Of a stretch of 64,000 nt of DNA, positions 12,194 to 24,634 are shown piece by piece. The notes below the pieces were generated by a model that saw only the letters and a program-made list of their open reading frames with translations, did no database searches and was not told the DNA's origin. Position 1 is the stretch's first letter. The number at the start of each line of letters is the position of its first letter. The translations under genes and the position numbers were made by a program. This DNA is from Adineta vaga. Lineage: Eukaryota; Animalia; Rotifera. Where the stretch lies: positions 806,001 through 870,000 of the forward strand of contig CP075496.1 of the NCBI GenBank assembly GCA_021613535.1, in the 5' to 3' direction.

Positions 12194-13288
12194 TCATAAA
12201 AGAAAAGTTTTATTAATCGATGTTTTTCTAACACATTGATCTTGATGAATTGTACAAGGTATAACAGTCATTGTTTGATAAAAAGGAAATTGATTTCTTA
12301 ATTTTTGAAATTTCATATTCATTTGATTACTTGTTAATTGACAATAATAATCAATTGAACAAATTAATTTTTTTAATTGTAAAAATTTTTCTAAAAGAAT
12401 ATTTTGTAAAAAAGCATAATCTTGTATTTGAATTAAATTAATAAGAATTAAAGTAAATTGTTGAACATATGGAACAAAAGAAATGAGACAATTTAAAATA
12501 TTTAATTGAGCTAATTTTTCTGCAAATTCAATTTTTAATATTCGTAAATTTTCATGAGAAAATTTCGTTAAATTATGAGATGAGATGATTGAAACATCAC
12601 AAATACAAATATTTAATTCATTTAAATTGGGTAAAAATGATAAAAGTAAAATAAAATCTTTTGTTTGACAATTGGTTAAAATTAATTGACGAAGATTTGA
12701 ATAAGTTTGAAAACAATTTAATGTTTTATTGAAATTTAATTGAAAGAAATTACAAAAATAAAGTTGACGAAATTGATTTTCTCCAAATAATCTTTGACAA
12801 AGAATTTTTTCATCTTTTTCACCAACAATTCCAATCCATAAACGATGAAGATTAGGCATTTGATTTGGATTGATTGATAAGATTTGTTCACTTGTTGGAA
12901 GATAAATTGTTAATGAATGAAGATTAGGAAAGAGATTTAAATTTAATAATGAATAACGATCAACATGAATATATTGAATTTGTTTGGAAAAATATGAAAG
13001 AATATTAAGTAAATATTTATTATTTGAATCATTTTGATGAATAGTTATTCCTAAAGGAAGTGAACGTAAAAGAAGATTGAAACGAAAATTTAAATTAATA
13101 AAACTATGATATAAATCAATTAATGGAATATATTCAAAGATTTGTAAAAGAATTTCATCGGGTAATAATTCAAATCGACTTAAAAGAAAGAAATATTTTC
13201 TTTCAAATTTCATTTTTAATTTCACATTTTTTGATGATTGATTTGTTCGATGAACACAACTTGTTAATTTACTTAATAAATGTGGCAT
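12194..13288 (-). CDS. F-box / LRR-like protein (bdelloid-expanded family)
   Basis: 364-aa ORF with F-box SRFELLPDEILLQIFEYIPLIDLYHSFINLNFRFNLLL followed by leucine-rich repeats (FPNLHSLTI, MPNLHRLWI, LPNLNELNI). Confidence 0.85.
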   Translation of the reverse strand: MPHLLSKLTSCVHRTNQSSKNVKLKMKFERKYFFLLSRFELLPDEILLQIFEYIPLIDLYHSFINLNFRFNLLLRSLPLGITIHQNDSNNKYLLNILSYFSKQIQYIHVDRYSLLNLNLFPNLHSLTIYLPTSEQILSINPNQMPNLHRLWIGIVGEKDEKILCQRLFGENQFRQLYFCNFFQLNFNKTLNCFQTYSNLRQLILTNCQTKDFILLLSFLPNLNELNICICDVSIISSHNLTKFSHENLRILKIEFAEKLAQLNILNCLISFVPYVQQFTLILINLIQIQDYAFLQNILLEKFLQLKKLICSIDYYCQLTSNQMNMKFQKLRNQFPFYQTMTVIPCTIHQDQCVRKTSINKTFLL

Positions 13289-14583
13289 TGAAAGAATCTA
13301 AAATAAAAAAGAAATTCGTTTTTTTTTTCAAAATAACTTTTCTTTTTTGATATATCACATGATATATGAAGATTCTTTTTGTTCTTATCTAGTTGAATAG
13401 AGAGAGAAAAGAAAGATTCTTTTATCTTGATTAGTAACATTGTTTCATGTATACTTTCAATATAACAAATTGCATCAACATACCAATCGTTTTACATTTT
13501 TAAATACATTCATTAAGAAACAAAAAAAAGGAAAGAAAGAATGTAAAGCTTTTTAAAATAACTCACTGCACATATTTAATCTGACATTTATTTCAATTGA
13601 TGAAATAAAAAGAAATTTTTCTTTATTAGAAAAAGATGATTTCATAATAAATTGACGCTGTGTTACTATCAAGGCTGACAAAGTTCCTGATTTAAGCATT
13701 TTCTTAGTGGACAATCAATGATACCTTTAATGCATAGAAAGTTTACGAAAGGAGCAAAAGAATATAGTGAGTATCGCACAACCATCTTGAGAGTGAGGGT
13801 TGTGATGTCAACATGACAGCGAAGGCGAGGATTGACAATGTGAGATCAGAATGTCCGTAAAGAGCGAGAATTCGAGGGTGCGGAGAAGAAATGAAATTGT
13901 GACTTAGTTTTGACGTAATAGTTAGTAGACAGGAGCATATGAGAATATGACTACATGTGAGTACGATAACAGAAATGAAAAATAAAGGTATAGATGATGA
14001 GTGTTCGGGTCAGAGTATCACAATATGAAATTCAACTTGAGACTTATTCTCACATATTTTCTTATCCGTTACATTTGGTTCACAAAATAGAGTTTGTTGA
14101 ACTCCCCGGGTGCCGTCACTTCCTTTATCTTTTTTTAAAAAACTCAAGCTCCATTCAAACGTACCATTTGGATTTGGAAAGTCTGAGTTACATTAAAATA
14201 AGAATGAAAAATTCCTTTGATACATATCTTTTTATTCGATATATCACAAAATAAACCCATTTTCTTATCTATTAAAAATGAAGATTCTTTCATCATTACA
14301 TTGCTTTTCCTTTTAACATAATAAATTGTATTAACATACCAATATGAATCGATTTCACATCTTTTAAATATTCAATAATGAAACAAAAGAATTTTTCATA
14401 TACCCTCATCTATTTTCAATGTTTTTCTTACGAAATATTTTTCATAGTAAATCTTCAACTTTCAATGAATAAAAAACCTAAATAGTAAATTATTTCATTG
14501 ATTATTACTAAAATACTGACCAATAATATCATATTGAATTCCGTATAAAACATATTCAATTCCAATCATTAATTAATATAAAG

Positions 14584-15200
14584 ATGAATAAAGGTATTAA
14601 TATTCGAAATGCAAGTTTTCACTATATTTATACTCGAAATCATACTGAAAGTAGAACATTTCAAGGTATAATCGATGATTTACCACGGTTAGTTTACAAT
14701 TTTTCTTCAAAATTTCATTCATTTAATCATTCATTTAAATAGAATTGCTGGAATGGGAGTTGATTTCGTATGGTTACTTCCAATTCATCCAATTGGAAAA
14801 ACAAATCGTAAAGGAACACTTGGTTCACCCTATTCTATTGATAATTTTCGTGAAATAAATCCTGAACATGGAGATTTAAATGATTTTCTTCGTCTTATTT
14901 CTGAAGTTCATCGTTATGGAATGCGTTTAATGATTGATATTGTTTTTCGACATACAAGTCATGATTGTCTATGGGTTAAACAACATCCTGAATGGTATTT
15001 AAGAGATGAAACAACATTATGGATTGAATTGATTGATATTTTAAAATATTGGTGTCAATTAGATGTGGATGAATTTCGAATGGACGTTGCATCTGGTGTT
15101 ACAATGGATTTTTAGTTAATATTTCTTATTTAGAAAAAGCACGTCATCTCTAATTTATTTTAGACGTCAAGCGAGAAAAGAAGTATTAGCAACATATTCA
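14584..15200 (+). pseudogene. Truncated duplicate of the GH13 alpha-amylase-family gene
   Basis: Exon 1 and exon 2 match 18438-18864. It has a 126-bp internal deletion, GVDGFR->DVDEFR, TGG->TAG at the exon 3 end, and similarity ends ~15200. Confidence 0.88.
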
Positions 15201-16397
15201 AATAATACTTAAATAATTTTATATCAAGCATAACAGAACTTCAGATTGAAAACAAAAAGTGACTCAATCCATTAAATATCTCAATAACTGATTATACTCA
15301 GTTATCGACGCTGTTTCTTATGGAACTTGAAGTATTCAAGGGTTCAATTGGGCTAGTTTTTTAATCAACTCATCGAAAATAGTAAAAATTTAGATTTAGG
15401 CAAAGTTTTGAACATCAGCGATCAACATATTCATATCTGATCGAAAAGGTAAAATTTGGTCAATGTTTTGATTTCTAGATCAATCTATGAATCTTCTCTT
15501 CGATTCTTATGTTGACAAAAAAGTATTAAAAGAATTCATTGTAACGGTTCATATAAATTTATATGATCATATGTTGTATTTATTGACAAAAGAGAAAATC
15601 ACAATATTGAGATTCTACCATACAAGAATTTACATCGAATGAGGAAACAGAATAAACAATGTGTATACATCAAAGGAAAACTTATCAAGTTAAACAATAT
15701 TGACATGAGGAATATGATATGAGTTTGATTCTGTTTGTCATCGTATTTGAACATAATAGAACACCACTTGCTAATTTTGTCAATGTACGGTTTTACGAGC
15801 AGTCGGATTGAACATTTTTCAGAATGTGATACGGCCGAAGCAGATCTGTTGTTGCAATTGAATGTCAACTGTTGACCTTGAGTAATTTATATTGATCCTA
15901 GTTGATTTATAAAGTATCATGTCGAAGAAAGCTACTGCAAAGATAGTTGTCCTAATTACCTAAACAGAAAAAAATGTAAAAGACTATATAAAGTAAATGC
16001 AATTAATATACGCACTTTTTCATTCAATGTTAAAGCATAAAAATTCAATGTCGTGATGATTTCCGTAATGAAAACACGAAAATACCATTCCTATAATAAA
16101 AAAATCCGACAATCATACATCTGGATATATCTTACCAATTTACTATATAAATATCCATTAATTTCATTAACTTTCTTTCTTTTCAATTGATATAATCTAA
16201 TGAATTTAGTTGTTCCGATAATGACAGAATAAAGAAGGATGACAATGGAATAAACAATACTTATTATCCGAAACAATCTGGTCGTTGTCCAATTGAATTT
16301 CGATACATCAAACACTGTCCAATGAAATACATGAAAGAAAATTAATGTAATGTGGCAATAAGTGTCTGAATGATTCAGAAAAGTATAATAAAAACAA

Positions 16398-16674
16398 CCC
16401 AGGTCGAACGATGCGGTCCGTATACGGCCTTTACGATATAAAAACGGATACTATACTGGCCGTAACACTGACCGTATTATCGGGCGCAGTAATACGGTTC
16501 GTTCTGTATCCGTACATAGCCAAAAAGTAGCCGTTTCGGAGGAGAATACAGTGCGTTTACGATGCCGTAAATCTGTGCCCGTGATTACGGAACAAAACGG
16601 TTCACTTTCGGCCGTAAAGTCACCGTTTACATTCCGAAAACGCATTGTAAACGACTCCGTTTTCATTGACCTAG
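16398..16674. mobile_element. Short GC-richer MITE-like repeat with CCCAGGTC...TTGACCTAG ends and internal ACGG/CCGT subrepeats
   Basis: Abrupt GC island in AT-rich DNA, imperfect terminal inverted repeats, and many tacgg/ccgta motifs in both orientations. The overlapping ORF is probably spurious. Confidence 0.65.
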
Positions 16675-17539
16675 AAAATGACAATCAAAAAATGAACTTA
16701 CACTAGGTAAAACATATGATATAATATACGTAAGTTGTCATGACTCATGACAAATTTTTCTTCTTGTTCTCGACACATAAGTCACGATTTAAGTCAGTTA
16801 CTCGTTCTTTGTAGCTAATGATCATTTCATACAGAGAAAAGGATTGCTGAGATCATAAGACTATGTCGAATGCACATCTGAAATCCGTTTTTCGAAATTC
16901 GGTTTCATGCATGAGCTGTAAAGCTTTAAAAAATGATTATTAATAGCTAGTAGTTTACTTATATATTTATATACATGACTCAACATTCGAATGATCATTA
17001 ATATGATCTTTTGCGTATATGTACTTCAATTATTGATTCACAACTTAAATCCACGAACGAGTCTCGGATGTTTAGAAAAACTTTCCATGGCTTATAAGGA
17101 TAGAATACGAAGTGATAATAAACAGCTGAGAGCTTTCTTATATGGTGATACACTGATTCAGATTCATTATCTCTCACAACAAGTCGAGCAGGTATATCTA
17201 AACACAATTGAAATTCATCACCATATCTCCTCCACACAAGTGTTAAATTTAGATTTAATATACATAGCTCTTTTGAAATTTATATAAATGAACAGTTCAC
17301 AATATCTATGACAAAGAGTAGAGTGAGTTGTCAGATGATCAGAACTTGTGTCTTTAAATATTAGGTTAAATAATAAAAAATATGTTAAGATAATAACTAA
17401 ATAAATTCATATTGGATTTGTTTTGAAAAAAATGCAAAGGCATTGAATAAATCTTTATAATTTGAATCATTTTAATGAATATAAACACCTAATTGTATTG
17501 ATCGTATAATAAAATTCAAACAAAAAATTAAATTTCTAA

Positions 17540-17640
17540 AAGCATTATTTGACTCAATTAATAAAATATATTTGAAATATTTCAATAAGAATTTCATCAG
17601 ATAATAATTCAAATCGACTTAAAAGAAAAAAATGCTTTCA
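17540..17640 (-). pseudogene. Remnant of the F-box gene 5' region (degenerate copy of 13090-13205)
   Basis: The reverse complement reads FFLLSRFELLSDEILIEIFQ then degrades. agaatttcatc..taataattcaaatcgacttaaaagaaa is shared with 13149-13190. Confidence 0.7.
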
Positions 17641-17692
17641 TCAATAAATCATGCGATATATATGGACATCGTATATTCTTCTTCTTATATAT

Positions 17693-18182
17693 TCAAAATA
17701 AATGCGGAAACTTCGAACTTTATCCGAAAGTAATGTGTACTACAAAAAGTGTATGAGACCGAAGAAATAGGAAAATATCAGCATTCTTCGATAACTAAGG
17801 AATGACTCGTCCAATCATACTCATCTTCAAACTCGAGCGCGCTATTAATGTGACAATACTGTGTAGAAAATTTCATCACAATTCGATTAAGCTTTCAGAA
17901 GTTATCATCTACAAGAATGGATGAACGAACACACTGATCGATTCTGATAGCACACTTACTGGGGGCGTGCGTGAGGCTAAATGAAATAAACTCTCATAAT
18001 CATCGCACCCACACCATTGGCCTTTTTCTAGTGCAATCATAGTTGAAGTTTAGTGACATTAATTATCTTGTAACCACCTTGGGTGAGATTTCACCCAGAT
18101 CATCCTTATCCATCGCCTACTCGTGTGCCACCACACATTGACCGATTCTAGTAATGTACTCACTTTTTAAGTACACAAAAAG
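17693..18182 (-). mobile_element. Second HINE/DINE-1-like element copy with different internal filler
   Basis: The reverse complement begins ttttgtgtacttaaaaagtgagtacattactagaatcggtcaatgtg and ends ctcatacactttttgtagtacacattactttcggataaagttcgaagtttccgcatttatt, matching both ends of 181-1245. Confidence 0.7.
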
Positions 18183-18437
18183 AAAAACATACTTTCACAT
18201 AAGAAATTAGCGATTTAAATGGAAATATCTAAAATAATTTTTAAAATAATTTGTGTACATATATTTTACATTTTTATATTACAAAAATCTTCGTTTATCG
18301 GTGGACATTCATAGAAGACAGAGTCATCTATTTACAAAGTTTTTCTTATTCGATTATTTTAAACTTATCTCTAATTAACCAATAATATCATTCATTTAAC
18401 TTTCGAATACTTTTATAAATTATTTTTCTCAAGTAAA

Positions 18438-20120
18438 ATGAATCGAGAAAACGTTCGCAATGCAACTTTTTATTGCATTTATACACGAAATCATTCTGAA
18501 AGTGGAACATTTCAAGGTATAATCGATGATTTACCACGGTTAGTTTACAAATTTTCTTCAAAATTTCATTCATTCAATCATTCATTTAAATAGAATTGCT
18601 GGAATGGGAGTTGATTTCGTATGGTTACTTCCAATTCATCCAATTGGAAAAACAAATCGTAAAGGAACACTTGGTTCACCCTATTCTATTGATAATTTTC
18701 GTGAAATAAATCCTGAACATGGAGATTTAAATGATTTTCTTCGTCTTATTTCTGAAGTTCATCGTTATGGAATGCGTTTAATGATTGATATTGTTTTTCG
18801 ACATACAAGTCATGATTGTCTATGGGTTAAACAACATCCTGAATGGTATTTAAGAGATGAAACAGTTCGTTTAATCTTTTTTTTTATTTGAAATTTAATT
18901 TAAACATTTCTTTTGAAAAAGGGAAAACCAATTGCACTTGTACCTGAATGGTCTGATATCTTAGATTTACAATTCGAAGGAAATGAAACAACATTATGGA
19001 TTGAATTGATTGACATTTTAAAATATTGGTGTCAATTAGGTGTGGATGGATTTCGAATGGATGTGGCGTCTGGTGTTACAATGGACTTTTGGTTTGTATT
19101 TCTTATCTAAAAGAACATTTCATTTCTCATTTGTTTTAGGCGTCAAGCAAGAAAAGATGTATCAGTCAAATATCCAAATAATATTTGGTTAGCTGAATCA
19201 ACTCGATTACCATATATTGAAAGACATCGAGCTAAACGTGAAATAGTTAATACAGATTCTGAATTATATGAAGTATTTGATCTCTGTTATGATTATGATA
19301 TTTATGGACCATGGCGTGCAACAGTTGCAAATGCAATACCAATAAAATCTTATCTTGAAATGGTTCGATTACAATCAACAATTTATCCAAAAGATTTTAT
19401 TAAATTAAGATTTCTTGAAAATCATGATCAACAACGTGTTTCATATATTTTTCGAGATAATCGTTTAAAAACATTAGCATGGACAGGTGAGTCACAAGAT
19501 TTTCATATTGATTGTTAAAAAAAAAACAAGATAAACTTTGTTTATTTTTAGCATTTAGTTCATTTTCAAAAGGTTGTTTTCTAATTCATGCTGGTCAAGA
19601 AACTGAACAAATAAAAACTTCATCATTATTCGAAAAAGACTGGAATGATTGTAAAAATATTTATCCATTACAAGAATATTTTCATCGATTAATTCAAATA
19701 AAAAAGAATGACATTATTCAATCAGATAAATCAAAGTAAAATTTAAAGAAAACAAAAATTTATTTTCTATTCTCTTAGTTTATTTTCAATAGTTTTATAA
19801 TCACTGAACATAATCCATGTATTGTTATAATTTGGGAAAATGAATTTGATAAACAAGGTCTTATCGGAATATTTAATGTTTCACAAACGAATGAAGAAAA
19901 TATTCAAATTAAAAATTTACCTGATGGAAATTATGAAAATCTTTTATTTAATTCCGAACTAAAAGATTTAATTCAATGTAAATCTTCAACAATCAATGTA
20001 TCAAATGATGGTAGAATATCTATTCCATCCGTTGCATTAATTCTTCATTATTCGGGTTTTATTCTTCGACCACAAATGTTTTATAGTGAATTATTTGATT
20101 TTAATTATAAAGGAATGTAA
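18438..20120 (+). CDS. GH13 alpha-amylase-family glycosidase of bacterial type, six exons
   Basis: Exons 18438-18538, 18594-18864, 18922-19091, 19140-19486, 19552-19735, 19793-20120, all phase-compatible. Catalytic motifs GVDGFRMDVA (nucleophile D), WLAES (acid/base E), FLENHDQ (D). Bacterial-style WLLPIHPIG..RKG.LGSPYSI. No signal peptide. Confidence 0.9.
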
Positions 20121-20221
20121 TTCCATTCATTTATATTTATTATAGTCAAGCTAATTTTTTTTTATAAATTTCAAGTTATTTTCTTTTAAATCGAATATAT
20201 ACAGGAAAGATTAAAAGAATA

Positions 20222-20495
20222 GTTGTCTAATTCGACTTCAAATAGAACTGATGATTCTCAAAAATCGCTCCTGGTCATTAGTTTTCATGGATAAAGGTTT
20301 AGATTGTGTGACTGATAAATATAATTTGTAAGCAGAGTTATATATGTGAAGAATTTTGAATTATAATCAATGATAACCAAAATAAAACTATTCCTATACC
20401 ATAGAAAAACTTTAGGTCAAGTTTCGTGATTTATTTTCGAAATGATATGAAATAGGTCAATGTACATTTATATTTGAATTCGAATTAGGTAGCTC
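20222..20495 (+). repeat. Dispersed repeat family copy 3
   Basis: Shares long blocks with 11780-11985 and with the reverse complement of 7950-8170. Confidence 0.7.
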
Positions 20496-20608
20496 ATGTT
20501 TTTTTAGTCATCTGTAGGCCGACTGGATTGGATTGATTCTTACTGTGATTGTTGTAATAAAAATTTATTTGAAAGAATAATTTTATTTTACGAAAAAACA
20601 AATGTTGA

Positions 20609-21301
20609 TCAATTTGAATTGATTTTTCCTAGCATATCTTCTAATTGTTGAATTCTTTGATCTTTTTCTTTAATAATATCTTCACATCGATCTAATTTCG
20701 TTCGAAGAAGATCAATTTCTTTTTCTTTAATTTCTAAAACATGATTATCCGATGAGACATTCTCTTCTTTATCTTGATTTAAATCAATTTCAATTGATTT
20801 TCTTCCTTTTCTTCTTGGAATTCTTGGTGTTGTTAACATTATTTGAGGTAAATGTTCATGTTCAAGATTCAATGGAGAAAATCTTTCATTTGGTAAACGA
20901 ATTTTTTTTCCTTGTTCAATTAAATGTTCATCTAATTTTTCACGTAAATATAATAAAAATAATTCGACAACACGAATATCTCCATGAATTATTTCATGAA
21001 TAACAGTTCCTGGTGCATGTAAACCTAATTTAGGTAAAATATCACATTTTAATAAACGCCAATTTTTTGTTCGTTGTGACATATTTCTTGCAGAATAAAA
21101 TACATCTAAATCGATATATTCAGGAAAAAAGAATGAAATTATTTCAGCAATTAGAATTCCATCACAAAAATCTGTATCAAAATTACTGATAGAATGTGAT
21201 AAAGGAATTGAACGAAGCCATGTTAATAAATCACAATTACTTGCTTCATAAATTCGTCCAAGTTGATGTTCAGTGAGAGTTTCATCATATATATCAGCCA
21301 T
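20609..21301 (-). CDS. SPEF1: SPEF1/CLAMP-like calponin-homology (CH_2) protein with C-terminal coiled coil
   Basis: Intronless 230-aa ORF. LLTWLRSIPLS..ISNFDTDFCDGILIAEIISFFFPEYIDL....RNMSQRTKNWRLL matches the SPEF1 CH domain. Coiled-coil tail EIKEKEIDLLRTKLDRCEDIIKEKDQRIQQLE. May be a paralogue rather than the orthologue. Confidence 0.8.
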   Translation of the reverse strand: MADIYDETLTEHQLGRIYEASNCDLLTWLRSIPLSHSISNFDTDFCDGILIAEIISFFFPEYIDLDVFYSARNMSQRTKNWRLLKCDILPKLGLHAPGTVIHEIIHGDIRVVELFLLYLREKLDEHLIEQGKKIRLPNERFSPLNLEHEHLPQIMLTTPRIPRRKGRKSIEIDLNQDKEENVSSDNHVLEIKEKEIDLLRTKLDRCEDIIKEKDQRIQQLEDMLGKINSN

Positions 21302-22260
21302 ATCTTTTTTTTTCTATTACGAAATAAGTTTAATAACAATTATTTGAAACCTTTTGTATTCTATAGAGAAGAAAGAAATGTAAAGTTTATTTATATAAAT
21401 ACTGACACATATAATCTATAGGCACATGGTGAATTCAACCTATTTTTCCATAATTCTCAATAATGTTTACCATTGAAATCAGGAAGGAAAAAAAATTGAA
21501 AAGAAAGCAAAGAGAAGAAAAAAACGAGATTTTGTAATAAAATGATTGTTTTTCGTTGTCGATAAGCAACATACCTTTCGATTTCATACAGTAAGAATAA
21601 GTTATATAATTGAATCTTGTTTAAATCTGATTTCTTGAAATTAATCAATCTATTATCGAATATGTGAGTCATTCGATCACGTTGATTCTTTCTCAATCAA
21701 ATTGAAATTTTTTGTATTCGAAAACAATCGATTGTAACTAAGAATTTGTTTTTCAAGTAACATCAAAACAATGAGATGCATTATGAGAAAGAAAAAGAAA
21801 ACAAATATTTATCTAAACGATTAATTCGATGTTTAAACAGAAAAAAAAGAAACGTTTTTCGATCATAAATTATTTCAGTGATAATTATCTTTCATAATAT
21901 CTTTTTCTTTTCGAATGCATGATTAGATAAGAAAATAAGATGAAAATTCTTTCGATTTACAATACAATATGATAATTTATATGAATTAATGTTTCAATGC
22001 ATCTTTGTTTTTTATGAATGAATTTTATAGCGATTTAGGTTCACTTTGAGTTCATTTAAACGAAATCTCTATTATTTCGTGACAACAGATATTCAAATGA
22101 GAATGTCTCAATAATACCTTCAACTTATTATATCGTATCTCTGCTTTTGTTATTCAAAGGTATGTAGAAATATGTGTGCAATGAAGCACAACTTCGAAAT
22201 CATTGATGTGAATAAAATGAATTAGACACTTAACAATAATACATTATACGAAATAAAGTA

Positions 22261-23030
22261 ATGACTTCAATAGCTCCAGCTGCTCCAAGATTATCTACAA
22301 TAACTATTGAATCTGTACATAAACCACCGCCAGAATTGATCGAAGTTCCACCTGAAATTCTTTCACAAATCGTAAATGTTGAAGAAAATTCTGATGAACC
22401 GACAACAATATTCAAACGAATTTCGAGATGGATGAGAATTTTTTTGAGAAAATTTCATGGCTTACATGAAGAAAGACCAAAACGTTTACCATGGCATGAA
22501 TATGTATGGAGTTTTCTTGGTGCATTATTAGGTATTGCAGCTGTGTCATTTCTTCATTTTCGTTTATTAGATAAGTAAATATAAATTCATCTTCTTATCA
22601 ATACAAATAATTATAATGTTTATTTAGACATGAATTATTATTTTTAATTGGTTCATTTGGTGCATCGGCTGTTCTAATATTTGGTGCACCACGTTCTCCA
22701 CTAGCTCAACCTCGAAGTTTAATTGGTGGTCATGTTTTAAGTGCCATATGTGGTTGTACAGTACGTGTAGCGATTGATCAATTTGAACATTCGACTGCAT
22801 GTGCTTTAGCTGTTGCTATTGCGATTATAGTAATGCAATTGACTGAAACAGTTCATCCACCTGGTGGTGCAACTGCTCTACTAGCAGTTACAACACGACC
22901 TCTTCTTCCTGGAGCACATTTTCTATTTATAATTATGCCTGTTCTTACTGGTGCAACGACAATGTTATTAATTGCATTAATTGTGAATAATTTAGCACCT
23001 AAAAGAACTTATCCCAGTTTTTGGTGGTAA
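22261..23030 (+). CDS. HPP-family integral membrane protein
   Basis: Exons 22261-22574 and 22628-23030 (phase 2). Motifs LIGSFGASAVLIFGAPRSPLAQPRSLIGGH, TVHPPGGATALLAV and NNLAPKRTYPSFWW. Confidence 0.92.
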
Positions 23031-23160
23031 TTTTTCCTTCCAATAATTCAATTAGGATCTTCAAATTATCAATATGATTCAAGATGAATATGTTAATGAA
23101 ATTATTTTATTTCTAACAAAATAAAATATATGACGGATGAAGTTCAATGAGCAGATATAA

Positions 23161-23349
23161 AGTCCTAAAAACTGAACCCAACTTTCCGTGAGTCAAAATA
23201 TTTTCTTTTAAAATATAAACTCACGAAATGTAAAACGTATTTCTGAAGCAAGTTTTTGTAAAACTAGACTCTGTTGTAATGGTTTGTAGAGTAAACATTG
23301 AAACGAAAAAGCTTTGACTCACGAAAAGTTTGTTTCATTTCCTAGAACG
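23161..23349. mobile_element. Old MITE with ~37-bp imperfect terminal inverted repeats
   Basis: gtcctaaaaactgaacccaactttccgtgagtcaaa at the left vs tttgactcacgaaaagtttgtttcatttcctagaac at the right. Confidence 0.55.
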
Positions 23350-24634
23350 ATTAGATTTGTAATTATTTTTATTTTTTTTCCAAAATCAAACAGGTACAAC
23401 AAAGAGACAAAAGATTTATATTCATTGAGCGTGTATCATCGATGTCAATAGAGGAATGGTGGGTGATGTTGGAGCACAATCAAGACGTAATGTCTGTCTG
23501 GCATATAAGTAATGATTCTAAGACCGGTGAGTTTTCAGCTGACTCTTCTAGAATCAGTGCTGAACAATGTTCCAACATTATCTTACTTAGAATTAAAGAA
23601 TTTAACGATCGGAACAAAGCTGTGCTTGTCTGCCATTCGTTGGCACGATTAATAAAAGCATCGGAGGAAGTGGTGGTGTTTTGCTCAAATGTAATTCATT
23701 ATCTAATAACATACGTTCTAATTCTAATAAAACGAAAATAATATAAATACGCAATTAGAAAAAAAGGTCGTAGTTAAATTGAATATTCCTATTGACCTCG
23801 ATCGACAAAAGAGAAAGAGAGAGAAACGCACGGGATCACAAGAGAATGAATATAAAAGTCCACGGTAAAAGAAAAGAAACAAAGTGTCATTATATCACAA
23901 CAACGATACCATTTTGATCTGAATATTAATAACTATAAGCAGATGAATTGGTCAGAAAAATATCGTTATTCAATAGTAGTTTTAGTCCTCGTGTATATTG
24001 GTTTTGTTGAACATGAAAATGATTCTTTTTTCTATTAGAAGTCGATTGATGGGAATCATTTTGTTTATTCGTTTGATTATTATTAATACCGTTGATAAGA
24101 ATTCCTCTTTAAAATATCATATTTCTTTGAAAAGATTTGATTTCTCCTGATAATATTGTATTGAGATCAAACAAGAAGAAATCATTCTTATTCCCTAAAT
24201 CAGATAGATCTCTTTTCCTTGATTTACATATCTTCGGGTTATTTTTTGTTAATTGTCCTAATTAATAAAATATATAACTGATGAAATTCTAATCACTACA
24301 TAAGATATTTATAAATGAAGTTTACAAAGAATAGAAGTAAAAAAAAATGAACGACATCTATATCGATTTTAATAAGTGGACGAAATATTGTTTACCATAT
24401 GTTTTCTAATCAATTCTTAGAAAAATCCTTTCTTTCTTTCTTTTCCAATAATTTATTATCTTTTGATAAAATTTCTATTAGCAAAAGAAAAAAACCAATC
24501 AAAATATTATGTAATATTAAAATCTTAAGTTCATATTGCTCGTCGTCACAATTCAATCGTTTTTGTCTATTCGATAAAATTGTTCAATTAAAAAGAAAGT
24601 TATATAATTTCTTTCTTTCTTTTTTTTTCTATAG

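Noticed and set aside
16451-16684. 77-aa ORF
   Set aside because: It lies wholly within a MITE-like repeat and has no protein features.
15230-17290. Coding-like fragments (ORFs 15599-15868, 16091-16315, 16991-17287)
   Set aside because: Interrupted by stops with no recognisable family. Probably decayed genes, but I cannot support a call.
20609-21301. 'Sperm flagellar' gene as evidence of cryptic sex
   Set aside because: SPEF1-family proteins are general motile-cilia/microtubule proteins, and rotifers are heavily ciliated.
23442-23741. 99-aa ORF in a GC-richer patch
   Set aside because: No motif or consistent exon structure on either strand.
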